A DNA stretch of 53,058 nt, taken from positions 1 to 53,058 of the IMG/VR virus record IMGVR_UViG_3300044625_001301; one strand, given 5' to 3'. This stretch comes from a virus (taxonomy: Duplodnaviria; Caudoviricetes). Below, piece by piece: positions 23,607 to 32,307 of this stretch (position 1 is its first letter; each line of letters opens with the position of its first letter). A program made the position numbers and the translations under genes. The notes below the pieces were generated by a model, which saw only the letters and a program-made list of their open reading frames with translations, had not been told where the DNA came from and did not search any database.

Positions 23607-23826
23607 TGTCAGGTTCCCAGTCGGTGATGTAGCGGTGGCGACCGTAGTTGATGCCGTCACCTTCGATGAAGTTGACGATGTCGCCTGTCTGTGACTGCTT
23701 TCGCAGACCCAGTTCCGCGATCACCGCGTCGGCCATCTCGTAATCGCACGACGCTGGCTCCATGCCCGGTTCGTCGCCGTCAGCTTGAGCTATCGCGTAG
23801 GCGATGCGGGTGCGGAGGTCAGTCAT
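23599..23826 (-). CDS. Hypothetical protein (mycobacteriophage-type MTDLRTRIA...ADAVIAELGL)
   Basis: ATGA-coupled; pattern resembles small mycobacteriophage proteins. Confidence 0.65.
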   Translation of the reverse strand: MTDLRTRIAYAIAQADGDEPGMEPASCDYEMADAVIAELGLRKQSQTGDIVNFIEGDGINYGRHRYITDWEPDNE

Positions 23827-23975
23827 GCACCATCCCCTGTCAGTCCTAGCTTTTCCGCAGAGCGTCCGCACTTGGCGTCGTCGGTGTGGTCTACAGATGC
23901 GTTCATCTGTAGACGTTTTGTGTCGGCGAAGTCGGCGTCGCAGATCGAGCAGGGGCAGCCGGGCTGGTCACTCAT
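23823..23975 (-). CDS. Small Cys-rich hypothetical protein
   Basis: CPCSIC motif; fills the gap with overlaps at both ends. Confidence 0.5.
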   Translation of the reverse strand: MSDQPGCPCSICDADFADTKRLQMNASVDHTDDAKCGRSAEKLGLTGDGA

Positions 23976-24207
23976 AGCCGCACTTCTTTCTCGCCTCGTA
24001 GACATCATCACTTGGTTCAGGTGCGGTCGGCGCAGTCGGCGCAGTCGCAGCGAACAGTGCGGCGGTGTCGGTCACTCCATCGACCCAGCCCAGCCGGATT
24101 TCGTTGTCGGAGACCCCGATCACCAGAAACGGGTCGCCCTCGGTCAGGGCGTTAAGGGCAGCCAGCACCAGCCGGTCGCGCAACAAATCCGGTGTCTCGG
24201 CGCTCAT
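23968..24207 (-). CDS. Hypothetical protein
   Basis: ATGA-coupled. Confidence 0.55.
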   Translation of the reverse strand: MSAETPDLLRDRLVLAALNALTEGDPFLVIGVSDNEIRLGWVDGVTDTAALFAATAPTAPTAPEPSDDVYEARKKCGYE

Positions 24208-24437
24208 CGGGGCACCACCAGCCTGCGGGGGCTGCCCTCCAGGTAGGAGGCGGTGTCGTAGAGGGTCACCGCGACGTCCTGGGCGCGGTGGTCGCCGCCC
24301 TGGTTCAGCACCTCCCGCAGGAACGACCGGGCCGACTCCAGGTGGACGGGATCGTCGGTGCGGACGTACTCGGCCAGCCACCAGACCGCCGACCGGATCA
24401 GGTTGCCGCAGGCGGCGCTCATCAGCTCGGTGCTCAT
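24204..24437 (-). CDS. Hypothetical protein
   Basis: ATGA-coupled, 77 aa. Confidence 0.6.
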   Translation of the reverse strand: MSTELMSAACGNLIRSAVWWLAEYVRTDDPVHLESARSFLREVLNQGGDHRAQDVAVTLYDTASYLEGSPRRLVVPR

Positions 24438-24604
24438 TGCAAAAACCCCCAGCGGGCCATCCGCTCGCGCAGCCGGTGCAGCGCCCTGGAGCGGGCCTCG
24501 TCCTCGGTGTCGGCGATCGCGTAGTCGCTCACCCCGTCCTGCTCGGCGACGGCCAGGTGCTGATCCTTGCGGAACACGGTGACCGTCACCTCCGGCTCGC
24601 TCAC
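24434..24604 (-). CDS. Hypothetical protein
   Basis: GTGA-coupled. Confidence 0.5.
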   Translation of the reverse strand: MSEPEVTVTVFRKDQHLAVAEQDGVSDYAIADTEDEARSRALHRLRERMARWGFLQ

Positions 24605-24819
24605 GGGCCGATCCTGCCGGTCGCCAGAAGCCGACGGGCCTGCCGGGCCAGCCGCAGCACCTCCCAGTTGGAGGCCTCCTCGGAGGTGATGGACAGACCC
24701 ACCGGGTGGCCGGTGTCGGAGCGGTGCCGGTTGGTCACCTCGCGCAGGCAGTCCTCGCAGTTCTCCCTCCAGACCCGACCGCAGCCGGGGGCCTCGCAGG
24801 TGCCCCGGTGGCGGATCAC
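24601..24819 (-). CDS. Small Zn-finger-like protein
   Basis: CEAPGC...CEDC...H..H; GTGA-coupled. Confidence 0.55.
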   Translation of the reverse strand: MIRHRGTCEAPGCGRVWRENCEDCLREVTNRHRSDTGHPVGLSITSEEASNWEVLRLARQARRLLATGRIGP

Positions 24820-25082
24820 CGGGCGGCACCCCACTCGCAGCTGGCGGCGATCGTGCCGGGGAAGATCAGGCACAGCACCCTGCGCCCGTCCTGGAGCTGG
24901 AGACGCTGCTCGGTGACCCCGGCCTGACCGGCGGGGACCGCACCGGACCCCGACCGGGAGGGCGGCTCGGCGACCATCGCCAGCCAGCCGATCAGGGCGA
25001 ACAGCACACCGAGCAGGGTCAGGGTGATCCCCCGCAGGTGGGGGATCTCGGGTCGTTCGGGTGTCAGCGGGCTTTCCCTCAC
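24816..25082 (-). CDS. Membrane protein
   Basis: One TM helix; C-terminal Cys pair. Confidence 0.6.
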   Translation of the reverse strand: MRESPLTPERPEIPHLRGITLTLLGVLFALIGWLAMVAEPPSRSGSGAVPAGQAGVTEQRLQLQDGRRVLCLIFPGTIAASCEWGAAR

Positions 25083-25669
25083 GGCACCACCACGTAGCGG
25101 GTGTTGCCGACCACCCGGACGGTCTCGGCGTCCCGGTCGAACAGGTCGACTCCCCAGTAGTTGGTGTGGACCCCGCCGAACATCGCCAGGGCCTTGTTCT
25201 TGCCGTGCTTCTTGGGGTCGTAGTCGGCCCAGTTGTCGCCCCGGCGGGTCACGTCTCGGACCCGGTACTGGGTGTCGTCGGGGGTGGTCTTCAGGGTCCA
25301 GGGCTGCTTGCCGAACCGGCGTTCGGGGTTGCCGATCAAGATGAACGACAGCCGCTCCGGGTCGGGGGCATCGGCGCGGGAGGCGAACATCCGCAGCCAG
25401 GTCCCGGCCACCTGAGCGCCCTGGGAGTAGCCCAGCACGGTCAGCGGCCCGTCCAGGGACCGGATCAGCCCGTCGAGGCGTCGGGCACCGACCTGTATCG
25501 AGCCGTTGGGCTTGTCGCCCGCCGACGGGTCGAGCATCGCCGGGTAGCGCACCTGCACCTGGGTCCGGCCCCCGGTCACCGCGTAGCTGCGGCAGACCCT
25601 CTTCATGTAGTTCACCGTCTTGTCGATGCCCAGGTCGAGGGCGCTGACGGTCAGCACGGTTTCACTCAA
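25079..25669 (-). CDS. PE-PPE/cutinase-like serine hydrolase
   Basis: VRYPA, GYSQGA nucleophile elbow, FILIGNP, D..AD, H.NY. Confidence 0.8.
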   Translation of the reverse strand: MSETVLTVSALDLGIDKTVNYMKRVCRSYAVTGGRTQVQVRYPAMLDPSAGDKPNGSIQVGARRLDGLIRSLDGPLTVLGYSQGAQVAGTWLRMFASRADAPDPERLSFILIGNPERRFGKQPWTLKTTPDDTQYRVRDVTRRGDNWADYDPKKHGKNKALAMFGGVHTNYWGVDLFDRDAETVRVVGNTRYVVVP

Positions 25670-25958
25670 TGTCGTTGTCTCCTAACGGTTTTGGGTCCTT
25701 GTCGCGCACCCGGCCCAGGAGGTCCGACCAGCGGGTCGACTTGTCCTTGGACCTGGACTCCCGGTCGCGGCGGCGCTCCAGCTTGGCCTGTCGGCGGTTG
25801 CGCCACTCCAGGTAGGACTCGGCCTCGGCCTGGTCGTAGAAGGTCGCCACGATCCGGCCCAGGTTTTCGTCGTAGATCGGCCAGCTGTCCTGGTGATCCA
25901 TCTCGAAGGGCAGGAAGGTCCAGGGCTTTCCCCACGGCTCGGGGTTGGGGGCGCTCAC
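25662..25958 (-). CDS. Hypothetical protein
   Basis: GTGA-coupled with GGAGG RBS. Confidence 0.6.
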   Translation of the reverse strand: MSAPNPEPWGKPWTFLPFEMDHQDSWPIYDENLGRIVATFYDQAEAESYLEWRNRRQAKLERRRDRESRSKDKSTRWSDLLGRVRDKDPKPLGDNDIE

Positions 25959-26191
25959 GCCGAAACCTCCAGACGGCTCCGGACCCGCTCTGCCATCGCC
26001 GAGGCGGCGTTCTTGGCCTCGGTGTAGGAGGCCACCCGGCGCAGCTCCTGGCGGCAGTTCTGGCCGGTGAACACGATCGCCCAGTGGGCGTCCCAGACCG
26101 CGTCCGGGACCCACTCGACGTCCAGGGTCTGGCGGGGTCCGAGGTCGGCCTGGAAGATCACCATCCGGTTGTCCGGGTTGCTGTCGGTCAT
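25955..26191 (-). CDS. Hypothetical protein
   Basis: RBS GAGAGG; TATACT -10 element at 26229-26234. Confidence 0.65.
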   Translation of the reverse strand: MTDSNPDNRMVIFQADLGPRQTLDVEWVPDAVWDAHWAIVFTGQNCRQELRRVASYTEAKNAASAMAERVRSRLEVSA

Positions 26192-26270
26192 CGGGGTCCT
26201 CTCGTTGTGTGGGTGAAGGTGTAGCACCAGTATAGGTTTGGGGTGCGACAAAGTGGGTAGCGGCGCGCGG

Positions 26271-26549
26271 TCAGTTCCGCGTCGACCAAACCGTGATCGC
26301 CGCCTTGCGTAGACCCTCGGCGACCTTCCAGGACTGCCGGGAGGGCATGAACTGGCTGAGCAGCCGGGCCAGGGAACCCGCCGTGTCGTAGGCCCGAGCG
26401 GGGGTGTACTTCAGCTCGGTCAGAGTTTCGTCGTCGGGTCCGGCGAGGATCAGCCGGATCGGCAGGTCGGCGTCCTTGGCGGTGGGGACGCACTCGACCC
26501 TGATCCGGACATCGACGCTGCCGTCGAGGTAGCGGGCGAACTCGAACAT
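26271..26549 (-). CDS. Hypothetical protein
   Basis: RBS GGAGGG; 92 aa. Confidence 0.65.
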   Translation of the reverse strand: MFEFARYLDGSVDVRIRVECVPTAKDADLPIRLILAGPDDETLTELKYTPARAYDTAGSLARLLSQFMPSRQSWKVAEGLRKAAITVWSTRN

Positions 26550-26689
26550 CAGGAGACCCTCCGGTGTCGACCGACGTAGCGTCCGGGGTTGCGGAACACC
26601 ACCAGACCGCTCCGGTCGCGGGCGACGTGAAGGTTGCCCAGCCAGTCCGGGGAGCGGTTTCCGTAGAGCGGTGGGATCAGCCCCAGCAC
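26549..26689 (-). CDS. Small hypothetical protein (46 aa, not in ORF track)
   Basis: GTG with GGGGAG RBS; TGATG overlap with the next gene. Confidence 0.45.
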   Translation of the reverse strand: MLGLIPPLYGNRSPDWLGNLHVARDRSGLVVFRNPGRYVGRHRRVS

Positions 26690-26850
26690 GTCTCCCCCTG
26701 CGAGTTGGGGTGGGACATCGTGCACGGCTTGACCACGGTGCGCTCGACGGCGATCTGGGAGACCGACAGGCTCAGCCAGACCAGCGCCAGAAGCCAGCCG
26801 GTGATCACCAGCACCGCGAGCGCGGTGTGGGCCAGGAGACGGCGGGTCAT
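26677..26850 (-). CDS. Small membrane protein
   Basis: One TM; ATGA-coupled. Confidence 0.55.
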   Translation of the reverse strand: MTRRLLAHTALAVLVITGWLLALVWLSLSVSQIAVERTVVKPCTMSHPNSQGETCWG

Positions 26851-26936
26851 CGCATTCCCCCGCCGAGCAGGAAAACCATCAGCCCGGTGACCGCGATGCT
26901 GAACGCACCCAGCCCGAAGATCACGACCTCGCTCAT
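26847..26936 (-). CDS. 29-aa membrane peptide
   Basis: Hydrophobic; ATGA overlaps at both ends. Confidence 0.5.
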   Translation of the reverse strand: MSEVVIFGLGAFSIAVTGLMVFLLGGGMR

Positions 26937-27115
26937 GAGAACCGCGCGGTCCGGCCCGGAAGCAGACCGACCACAAAGCAGCCCGCCCCCAGCCCGGTCA
27001 TCGCGGGTGCCGCGACGACCACCAGCTCGGCGGCGGGCTGGTCGGCGAAGACCATTCCGGCGCACCAGGTGAATAGGCCGAACGCCAGCAGGCGCAGGCG
27101 GTGGGTGGGGGTCAT
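26933..27115 (-). CDS. Small membrane protein (2 TM)
   Basis: RBS GAAAGG. Confidence 0.6.
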   Translation of the reverse strand: MTPTHRLRLLAFGLFTWCAGMVFADQPAAELVVVAAPAMTGLGAGCFVVGLLPGRTARFS

Positions 27116-27130
27116 GTGGGTGGGTTCCTT

Positions 27131-28255
27131 TCACATCGTGTCGATGGGCCGAATGTCGGCCCGGTCATGGAGATCTTCGCTGTCGATGCACCGCTCGCAG
27201 ACCGGGAATTCGTAGCCCGAGAGATCCCGCGCTCCGTGGGTCGCCGGGCCGTCGCAGTACCGGCACTCAACGTGCGACGCGGCATAGGGGTCATCGTTCT
27301 GAGGACCCTCGCCCAGCACTTGGTCGATGTGGGCGAGAGTGTCCTCCCAGGACATGCCGTCCCCGGCCAGCCGGATCAGGTCGACCATGTCCAGGGCGGC
27401 GCGGTGGATGGTGGTCTGCCACAGGTCGCCGTCCTCACCGAGGCCGCAGCGCGGGCAGTAGGGGTCGCTCTTGCCCTCGGGTCCGTTGCAGGTCGGGCAG
27501 ATCGGGTCATCGGGGTCGGCGTGCTGGCCGGGTCGGGGCAGGGTGCCGGGATGCGGGCCGTCCAGATAGTCGTCGTTGAAATAATCGTCGAGGTTCGTCT
27601 TCTCCCCCTCAGTGAGGGTCTCGTCGATGTAGCGCATGGTGTCATCCCAGGACATCCCGTCTCCGGCGAGACGGTAGATGTCGGCGGGGTCGAGGCGGGC
27701 GACCACCCTCCGACCGGCACCGATCAGCCGAGGGTCGAAGGGGTCCTGGCGGTCGTCGGGGTTGAAGGACTCCTCGGGGTGGCGGGACTGGACCCAGTCC
27801 ATCGCGTGCTGCATCGAGTCGAATCCGTGCGGGCTGACCCCGTCCACCGGCTCAGCGTTTTTGTTCAGCGCGGTGGGTCCGTAGATGTCGCCTATGTAGC
27901 CCTCCGGGTCGTGGCCGTACTCCGGCGGCAGGTGGTCGACCTCCCAGTGACCACGGTCTCCGGTGTGCTTGTGGGGATGGTCGTCGGGCAGGGTGTTGAA
28001 GAGTGACCCGGCGGGCCGGATGTAGTAGTGGTCGCCCGCATCGGAGCGGGTCTGCCAGGCCCGCATGTCGACCCCGCTGCCGTCCCACAGGTCGTTGTCT
28101 TTCAGCTCCTGAACCAGACTTGGAGTGTAGGGCTTCCAGTCGTAGACGCTGGCCTGCCGGTTGGGCTGCATCTGAGAGCGGGTCCGGACGATCTCGGAGA
28201 GCCGGTCCCCGGAACGGGACTCACCCTCAGGGTCGTGCTGCCAGTCGTAGCTCAC
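27131..28255 (-). CDS. Acidic modular protein with duplicated RLAGDGMSW unit and CxxC ribbons
   Basis: 374 aa; CPTC..CPRC and CRYC..CERC; shares DPxDPRLIGAGRR with the 1442-aa protein. Confidence 0.75.
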   Translation of the reverse strand: MSYDWQHDPEGESRSGDRLSEIVRTRSQMQPNRQASVYDWKPYTPSLVQELKDNDLWDGSGVDMRAWQTRSDAGDHYYIRPAGSLFNTLPDDHPHKHTGDRGHWEVDHLPPEYGHDPEGYIGDIYGPTALNKNAEPVDGVSPHGFDSMQHAMDWVQSRHPEESFNPDDRQDPFDPRLIGAGRRVVARLDPADIYRLAGDGMSWDDTMRYIDETLTEGEKTNLDDYFNDDYLDGPHPGTLPRPGQHADPDDPICPTCNGPEGKSDPYCPRCGLGEDGDLWQTTIHRAALDMVDLIRLAGDGMSWEDTLAHIDQVLGEGPQNDDPYAASHVECRYCDGPATHGARDLSGYEFPVCERCIDSEDLHDRADIRPIDTM

Positions 28256-28451
28256 TGGTCGTCCCCGTCCTCGGTGATCTGTCGGGCCATCAGGGCCTCA
28301 GCGTGCACGGCGGCGGCGATCGCATCCTCGACCTGGTTGCACACCGGTGTGCCCCTTCCCGCTTTCCTATTCCTGTCCTAGACCCCGCCGTTGGCAGGGC
28401 TTGGTGACCGCCCGCCCTCAAGGAACCCCGACACCTGGGGGCGGGCGGCTG

Positions 28452-28700
28452 TCAGCGGGCGACAGCGGCCTCGGCGGCGACGACGAACTCCTCCCAGACC
28501 CCGACCGTGCTGTCGTCCTCGGGCGGTCGGGGGCGACCGGCGGCGACCCAGGCCTGGTGCTCGCGCCCCCACTTCCAGGGGCGCTCGAAGTATTCGTCCT
28601 CGTCGTGCGGCATCAGATCGGCGGCGCGCAGGATCTCGGCGAAGGTGAACACCTTGGCGATCGTGTGCCGCTCGGTGGGTGAGATGAACTCGGCGGGCAT
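28452..28700 (-). CDS. Hypothetical protein
   Basis: CCA-rich leader plus AGGAG RBS. Confidence 0.7.
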   Translation of the reverse strand: MPAEFISPTERHTIAKVFTFAEILRAADLMPHDEDEYFERPWKWGREHQAWVAAGRPRPPEDDSTVGVWEEFVVAAEAAVAR

Positions 28701-28778
28701 GGGGGTCTCCTGGTGGGTGGGTGGATCTTCCGGACAACTATACGCTGATTGTCGGCCCCCTGTAGGCCGACACGCGGG

Positions 28779-29837
28779 CTACCTGACGGCCCGGACGGTC
28801 TTGGTGTCGACCAGGTGCATCTGGTCCTTGTGGACCCAGTAGGGCGCGATGAACACGGTCTTGGGCACGGTCCGGCCACGACCGGTCCAGACCGTCTTGA
28901 AGTGCGCGCGGCGCTGGTGCGGGGGCAGGGTCCGGCCAGGCTGGTCGGAGGCCTGCTTGGTCCGGGACTCGGCTCGCGCTGCGGACAGCGCGGGTCCGAT
29001 CCGCCAGCCGACGTTGATCAGGTTGGGGGGCTTGCGGGTGGTGTCCCCCCAGGCCCTTTTGATCCGGCTGACGGGGACCGACTCGGCGTCGAGGACCGTC
29101 GAGCACAGGTACATCACGGTCCCGAGCATCGCCGCCAGCTGGGAGCGCATGAAGGCCTGCTGGGCGATGGTGTCGCCGTCACGCCAGTCGTTGACCCGTT
29201 TGTCGTCCCACCCGTAGTTGGCGACCTTCTGGTCGATGATCTCCTTGAGCGTGATCGGACCGGACAGCGGGAAGGTGACCCGGTTGTACTCCAGGATCGG
29301 ATCTCGCTGCCCGGTGACCAGGTTGACGATGATCACCGAGAACGCCTGGGAGTCGGGGTCGTGGGTGCTGGTGATCGTGACCGCCTCGTCGAAGACTTCG
29401 TCGAGGGTCGCGCCGGGGCGGACGTCGAATCGGTCGGAGCGGTCGATCCGACCGTGGGTGAAGAACCCCAGGCAGCGCATCTGCTCGTGGTCCTTCCAGG
29501 AGGGGATCTCGATCCCTCCGGGGAAGACGACCAGAGGCTCCCGGTAGGGCAGGGTCCGGAAGACCTCCGGCTCGATCTTGGCCGAGGTGGCCATCCGGAC
29601 CTCGGCGGTCAGCTCGGGGTGCATCGCCAGGACCTGACGTCCCTGGGAGCGCCAGAGCTTCTCGACCCGGTTGCACTGGGCGACCCCGATCGCGTTGGAG
29701 TCGATCTTGTCGACCCCGTACTCCTGGGCGAGCTGGAGGGTCCGGCGCTGGTTGGCCAGCCCGATCAGAATCCGCTTGGCGGTGTCGATGCCGTCCCCGG
29801 TCAGGGGCAGCGCGGGGGTGTGGGTGGGGGTGGACAT
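28779..29837 (-). CDS. Hypothetical protein with C-terminal PHxRRxH motif, possibly leaderless
   Basis: PPHQRRAHFKTVW...FIAPYWV; TACAAT -10 lies 7 nt before ATG 29837. Confidence 0.75.
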   Translation of the reverse strand: MSTPTHTPALPLTGDGIDTAKRILIGLANQRRTLQLAQEYGVDKIDSNAIGVAQCNRVEKLWRSQGRQVLAMHPELTAEVRMATSAKIEPEVFRTLPYREPLVVFPGGIEIPSWKDHEQMRCLGFFTHGRIDRSDRFDVRPGATLDEVFDEAVTITSTHDPDSQAFSVIIVNLVTGQRDPILEYNRVTFPLSGPITLKEIIDQKVANYGWDDKRVNDWRDGDTIAQQAFMRSQLAAMLGTVMYLCSTVLDAESVPVSRIKRAWGDTTRKPPNLINVGWRIGPALSAARAESRTKQASDQPGRTLPPHQRRAHFKTVWTGRGRTVPKTVFIAPYWVHKDQMHLVDTKTVRAVR

Positions 29838-29850
29838 GAGAGCCATTGTA

Positions 29851-29988
29851 CTACAGTTCGTCTACAGCATCTGACGGGTCGGGGTGGAGCGCCGAGAGGG
29901 CGACCCCGGCCAGCTCCCCGATCGCCTGGTCGACGCTGATCCCCCGATCGCAGGCGTACTCCAGGACCGCCCGGCGAAGGCCGCTCAC
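29851..29988 (-). CDS. Small hypothetical protein
   Basis: GTGA-coupled. Confidence 0.45.
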   Translation of the reverse strand: MSGLRRAVLEYACDRGISVDQAIGELAGVALSALHPDPSDAVDEL

Positions 29989-30197
29989 AGCGAACCGGCC
30001 AGGCTCGCCGCGACCAGGAACCCCGCCGAGGTCAGTCGGGCCTCCTCGGAGGGGGTGGAGATCAGCTGGCGGGCCGCGAGGCTGGCCAGCACCGCGCGGT
30101 CGTCGAACCGGATCTTCCAGCTCGGGGGCCAGCCTCCGTCGCCGTGGTAGCGCATGTTCAGCAGCATCCTCTGCTGCTTGCTGCCCAGACCGTTCAT
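29985..30197 (-). CDS. Small protein, possible winged-helix
   Basis: LASLAARQLI...RLTSAG pattern. Confidence 0.6.
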   Translation of the reverse strand: MNGLGSKQQRMLLNMRYHGDGGWPPSWKIRFDDRAVLASLAARQLISTPSEEARLTSAGFLVAASLAGSL

Positions 30198-30409
30198 TTG
30201 CGCCCCCTGGAGTGGCGCTGGGCGATCTTCTGGGCATCCCCGAGGGTGGAGGCACGTCCCAGCTCGGTCGAGCCTTCCGGGGTCGACACCGTCGCGGTCC
30301 AGCTGGACAGCCGGTGCCGGTACTCGATCAGGTAGCGGCGCTCCCCGACCACGGCGGTGTAGCGACCGATCGAGCGCCGCGAGGACGGCGCGAAGGACAG
30401 CGCGCTCAC
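30194..30409 (-). CDS. Hypothetical protein
   Basis: RBS GAGGGGG; ends TLGDAQKIA. Confidence 0.6.
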   Translation of the reverse strand: MSALSFAPSSRRSIGRYTAVVGERRYLIEYRHRLSSWTATVSTPEGSTELGRASTLGDAQKIAQRHSRGRK

Positions 30410-30581
30410 GGGTGGACCCCCTCGTCGGTCAGGGTCGCCCCGCAGACCGCGCAGAACTCGGGTTCCGGGGATCGCGACGGGTACCCCCAGGCGGCGTCCC
30501 GGAGCCGGTCATCGGAGACCGGCAGGGTTCCCCACGGGATCACCGGATCGGTCGGGCTTCCCATCAGCGGGGCCGGTCCGC

Positions 30582-30836
30582 TCACGCGGTCACCCCCTGG
30601 GGGGCGTAGAACTCGGCGATCGAGGACTCGGCGGCGGTCACCGAGTCGGCGATCGAGTCGGTGGTCCCGGAGGCGTAGAAGCCGCCCGCGTAGGCGTCGA
30701 GGTAGACCTCCCAGTCGACCCTGCCCTGGCGGTCGGGCTGCTGGACCTCGCCGACCAGAGCGCCGACCTGGATGCGCTTGGCCGGGAAGGCCGCGCTCTC
30801 GTAGCTCTGCCAGTCGGCGTTGATGGTGATCTGCAT
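30582..30836 (-). CDS. Hypothetical protein
   Basis: RBS GAAGGGAG. Confidence 0.65.
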   Translation of the reverse strand: MQITINADWQSYESAAFPAKRIQVGALVGEVQQPDRQGRVDWEVYLDAYAGGFYASGTTDSIADSVTAAESSIAEFYAPQGVTA

Positions 30837-30895
30837 GAATCTCTCCCTTCTGTGGGTGAATCGGACTGCCGTCATACTACAGGGTGAACGGTCGC

Positions 30896-31105
30896 TCAGC
30901 GGTCGGCCAGGGCCGCAGCCTTGGCCTGGGCCAGGCTGCTGTGGCTGGAGACGAACTCCCAGTCGCCGCCCTCGCCGTAGGCCAGCCGGTGGACGGCCCA
31001 GACCGTGCCCAGGGCCGGGGAGACCCGGTGGGTGTGGCCGGGCACGCTGTCGGTGAAGTAGCGGCCCGCGCGGCGGACCCAGGTCTGGTGTGCGGTGGTG
31101 CTCAT
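30896..31105 (-). CDS. Hypothetical protein
   Basis: RBS GAGAGG; CCA leader; ends SLAQAKAAA. Confidence 0.65.
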   Translation of the reverse strand: MSTTAHQTWVRRAGRYFTDSVPGHTHRVSPALGTVWAVHRLAYGEGGDWEFVSSHSSLAQAKAAALADR

Positions 31106-31160
31106 TTGAGGCCTCTCAGTGGCTCGTGGGCGGACGATCGGGGTGGGGGTGGGGTGGTTA

Positions 31161-31547
31161 CTAGCCGAACGAGATCTCGGCGTTGTGGGCGATCGCCCAG
31201 TCGGCCAGCTCCCGGAGCTGGGAGAGCCGCTCCTGGGTGTAGCCCTCCCGGCGTCCGCACTCGATCCAGCGGACCTGGCCCGGCTCTCGGGGCAGCTCGT
31301 GGGTCGGGACACCGGGGTCGGTCGGGGAGACCGCCAGCGCGACCAGGACCCGTCCCAGGAAGTCGGCGGCGGGGAGGCTCCCGCACCATCCCTCCTCCTC
31401 CAGGTCGATGCCCAGTGCGGCGCAGACCACGACGGCGTTCGCGCTGCTCATGTTGACCTCCAGCTCCTCGGGGGAGACGGCGGTCAGCAGGTCGGCGTTG
31501 AACTGCGCGCAGAACTGGCGGGTGGCGGCTTCGAAGGTGACGCTCAT
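31161..31547 (-). CDS. Hypothetical protein
   Basis: 128 aa; ATGA-coupled. Confidence 0.7.
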   Translation of the reverse strand: MSVTFEAATRQFCAQFNADLLTAVSPEELEVNMSSANAVVVCAALGIDLEEEGWCGSLPAADFLGRVLVALAVSPTDPGVPTHELPREPGQVRWIECGRREGYTQERLSQLRELADWAIAHNAEISFG

Positions 31548-31783
31548 CGGGTCGCCGCCGTCCGGACCAGGTGGTCGACGGCGTCCTTGCGGGTGGGGAA
31601 GGCGGAGAGCGGGACACGATCGCTGTCCTGGGCGACCCAGCGACCGCTGACGCCCCGAAAGACCCAGCCCAGGCTGGAGCTGAAGCCGAACGCCACGTCG
31701 GGGCTGAACGGGGTGAACAGCAGGACCTCGGCCTGTCCGGTGGCCACGTTCGCGAGCTTGACGTGGGGCAGATAACGGGTCAT
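31544..31783 (-). CDS. Hypothetical protein
   Basis: CCA leader plus GAGAGG RBS. Confidence 0.7.
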   Translation of the reverse strand: MTRYLPHVKLANVATGQAEVLLFTPFSPDVAFGFSSSLGWVFRGVSGRWVAQDSDRVPLSAFPTRKDAVDHLVRTAATR

Positions 31784-31817
31784 GGGGGAATCCTCTCGGT
31801 GGGTGGTGGGTGGGGTT

Positions 31818-31832
31818 CTAAACGAAGGCCAT
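31818..31832 (-). CDS. Four-codon minigene M-A-F-V
   Basis: First ATG after the cassette promoter, with GAGGAG RBS: ATG GCC TTC GTT TAG. Confidence 0.45.
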   Translation of the reverse strand: MAFV

Positions 31833-31850
31833 GAGGGTCTCCTCGTGCTC

Positions 31851-31952
31851 GGTGGTGGTGGAGACCCCAGGATAGCACAGATCAGGCTGTAGAAAGCCGA
31901 AAGCCCCCAGGGTGTTTCACCTGGGGGCTTCGGGCCGGTTGAGCTGGGGTTA
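31851..31952 (-). promoter_or_regulatory. Terminator + promoter + CACCACCACC leader cassette
   Basis: Hairpin AAGCCCCCAGG..CCTGGGGGCTT, box 31882-31892, -10 TATCCT. Confidence 0.8.
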
Positions 31953-32192
31953 CTCCGGGATGGCGCAGCCGGTCTTCTTGACCACCGACTGGACGATGCC
32001 CAGCTCCTGGCGCAGACCGACGCCGAGCTTGGGGGCGACCGCGACGGCCAGGTCGAAGGCGTCGACCGCGACGCCCAGCCGGGTGGAGTTCTCGGCCTGC
32101 GCGATGATCAGGTCGGCGGCGTCGTCGAGGGTGAATCCGGTCCGGGACTGCTGGGACTGGGCGATGCGGGTGATGGTGATCTCGATGAGCAT
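31950..32192 (-). CDS. Hypothetical protein
   Basis: Cassette promoter, GAAAGG RBS. Confidence 0.7.
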   Translation of the reverse strand: MLIEITITRIAQSQQSRTGFTLDDAADLIIAQAENSTRLGVAVDAFDLAVAVAPKLGVGLRQELGIVQSVVKKTGCAIPE

Positions 32193-32210
32193 GGTGGTGG
32201 CCTTTCGCCT

Positions 32211-32290
32211 CGGTGGTGGTGTGCCCCCAGGATAGCGCGGATCATCCTATAGCGCCAGCGGCCCCCTGGGGCGGTCCGCGCCAGGGGGTC
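32211..32290 (-). promoter_or_regulatory. Terminator + promoter cassette (variant)
   Basis: CCCCCTGG..CCAGGGGG hairpin; TGGCGC-N17-TATCCT; box 32242-32252. Confidence 0.7.
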
Positions 32291-32307
32291 GGGGCGATCT
32301 CCCAGGG

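Noticed and set aside
30406-30585. Small ORF in the gap (CAVC motif)
   Set aside because: Two competing short frames and no clear RBS, so no confident call.
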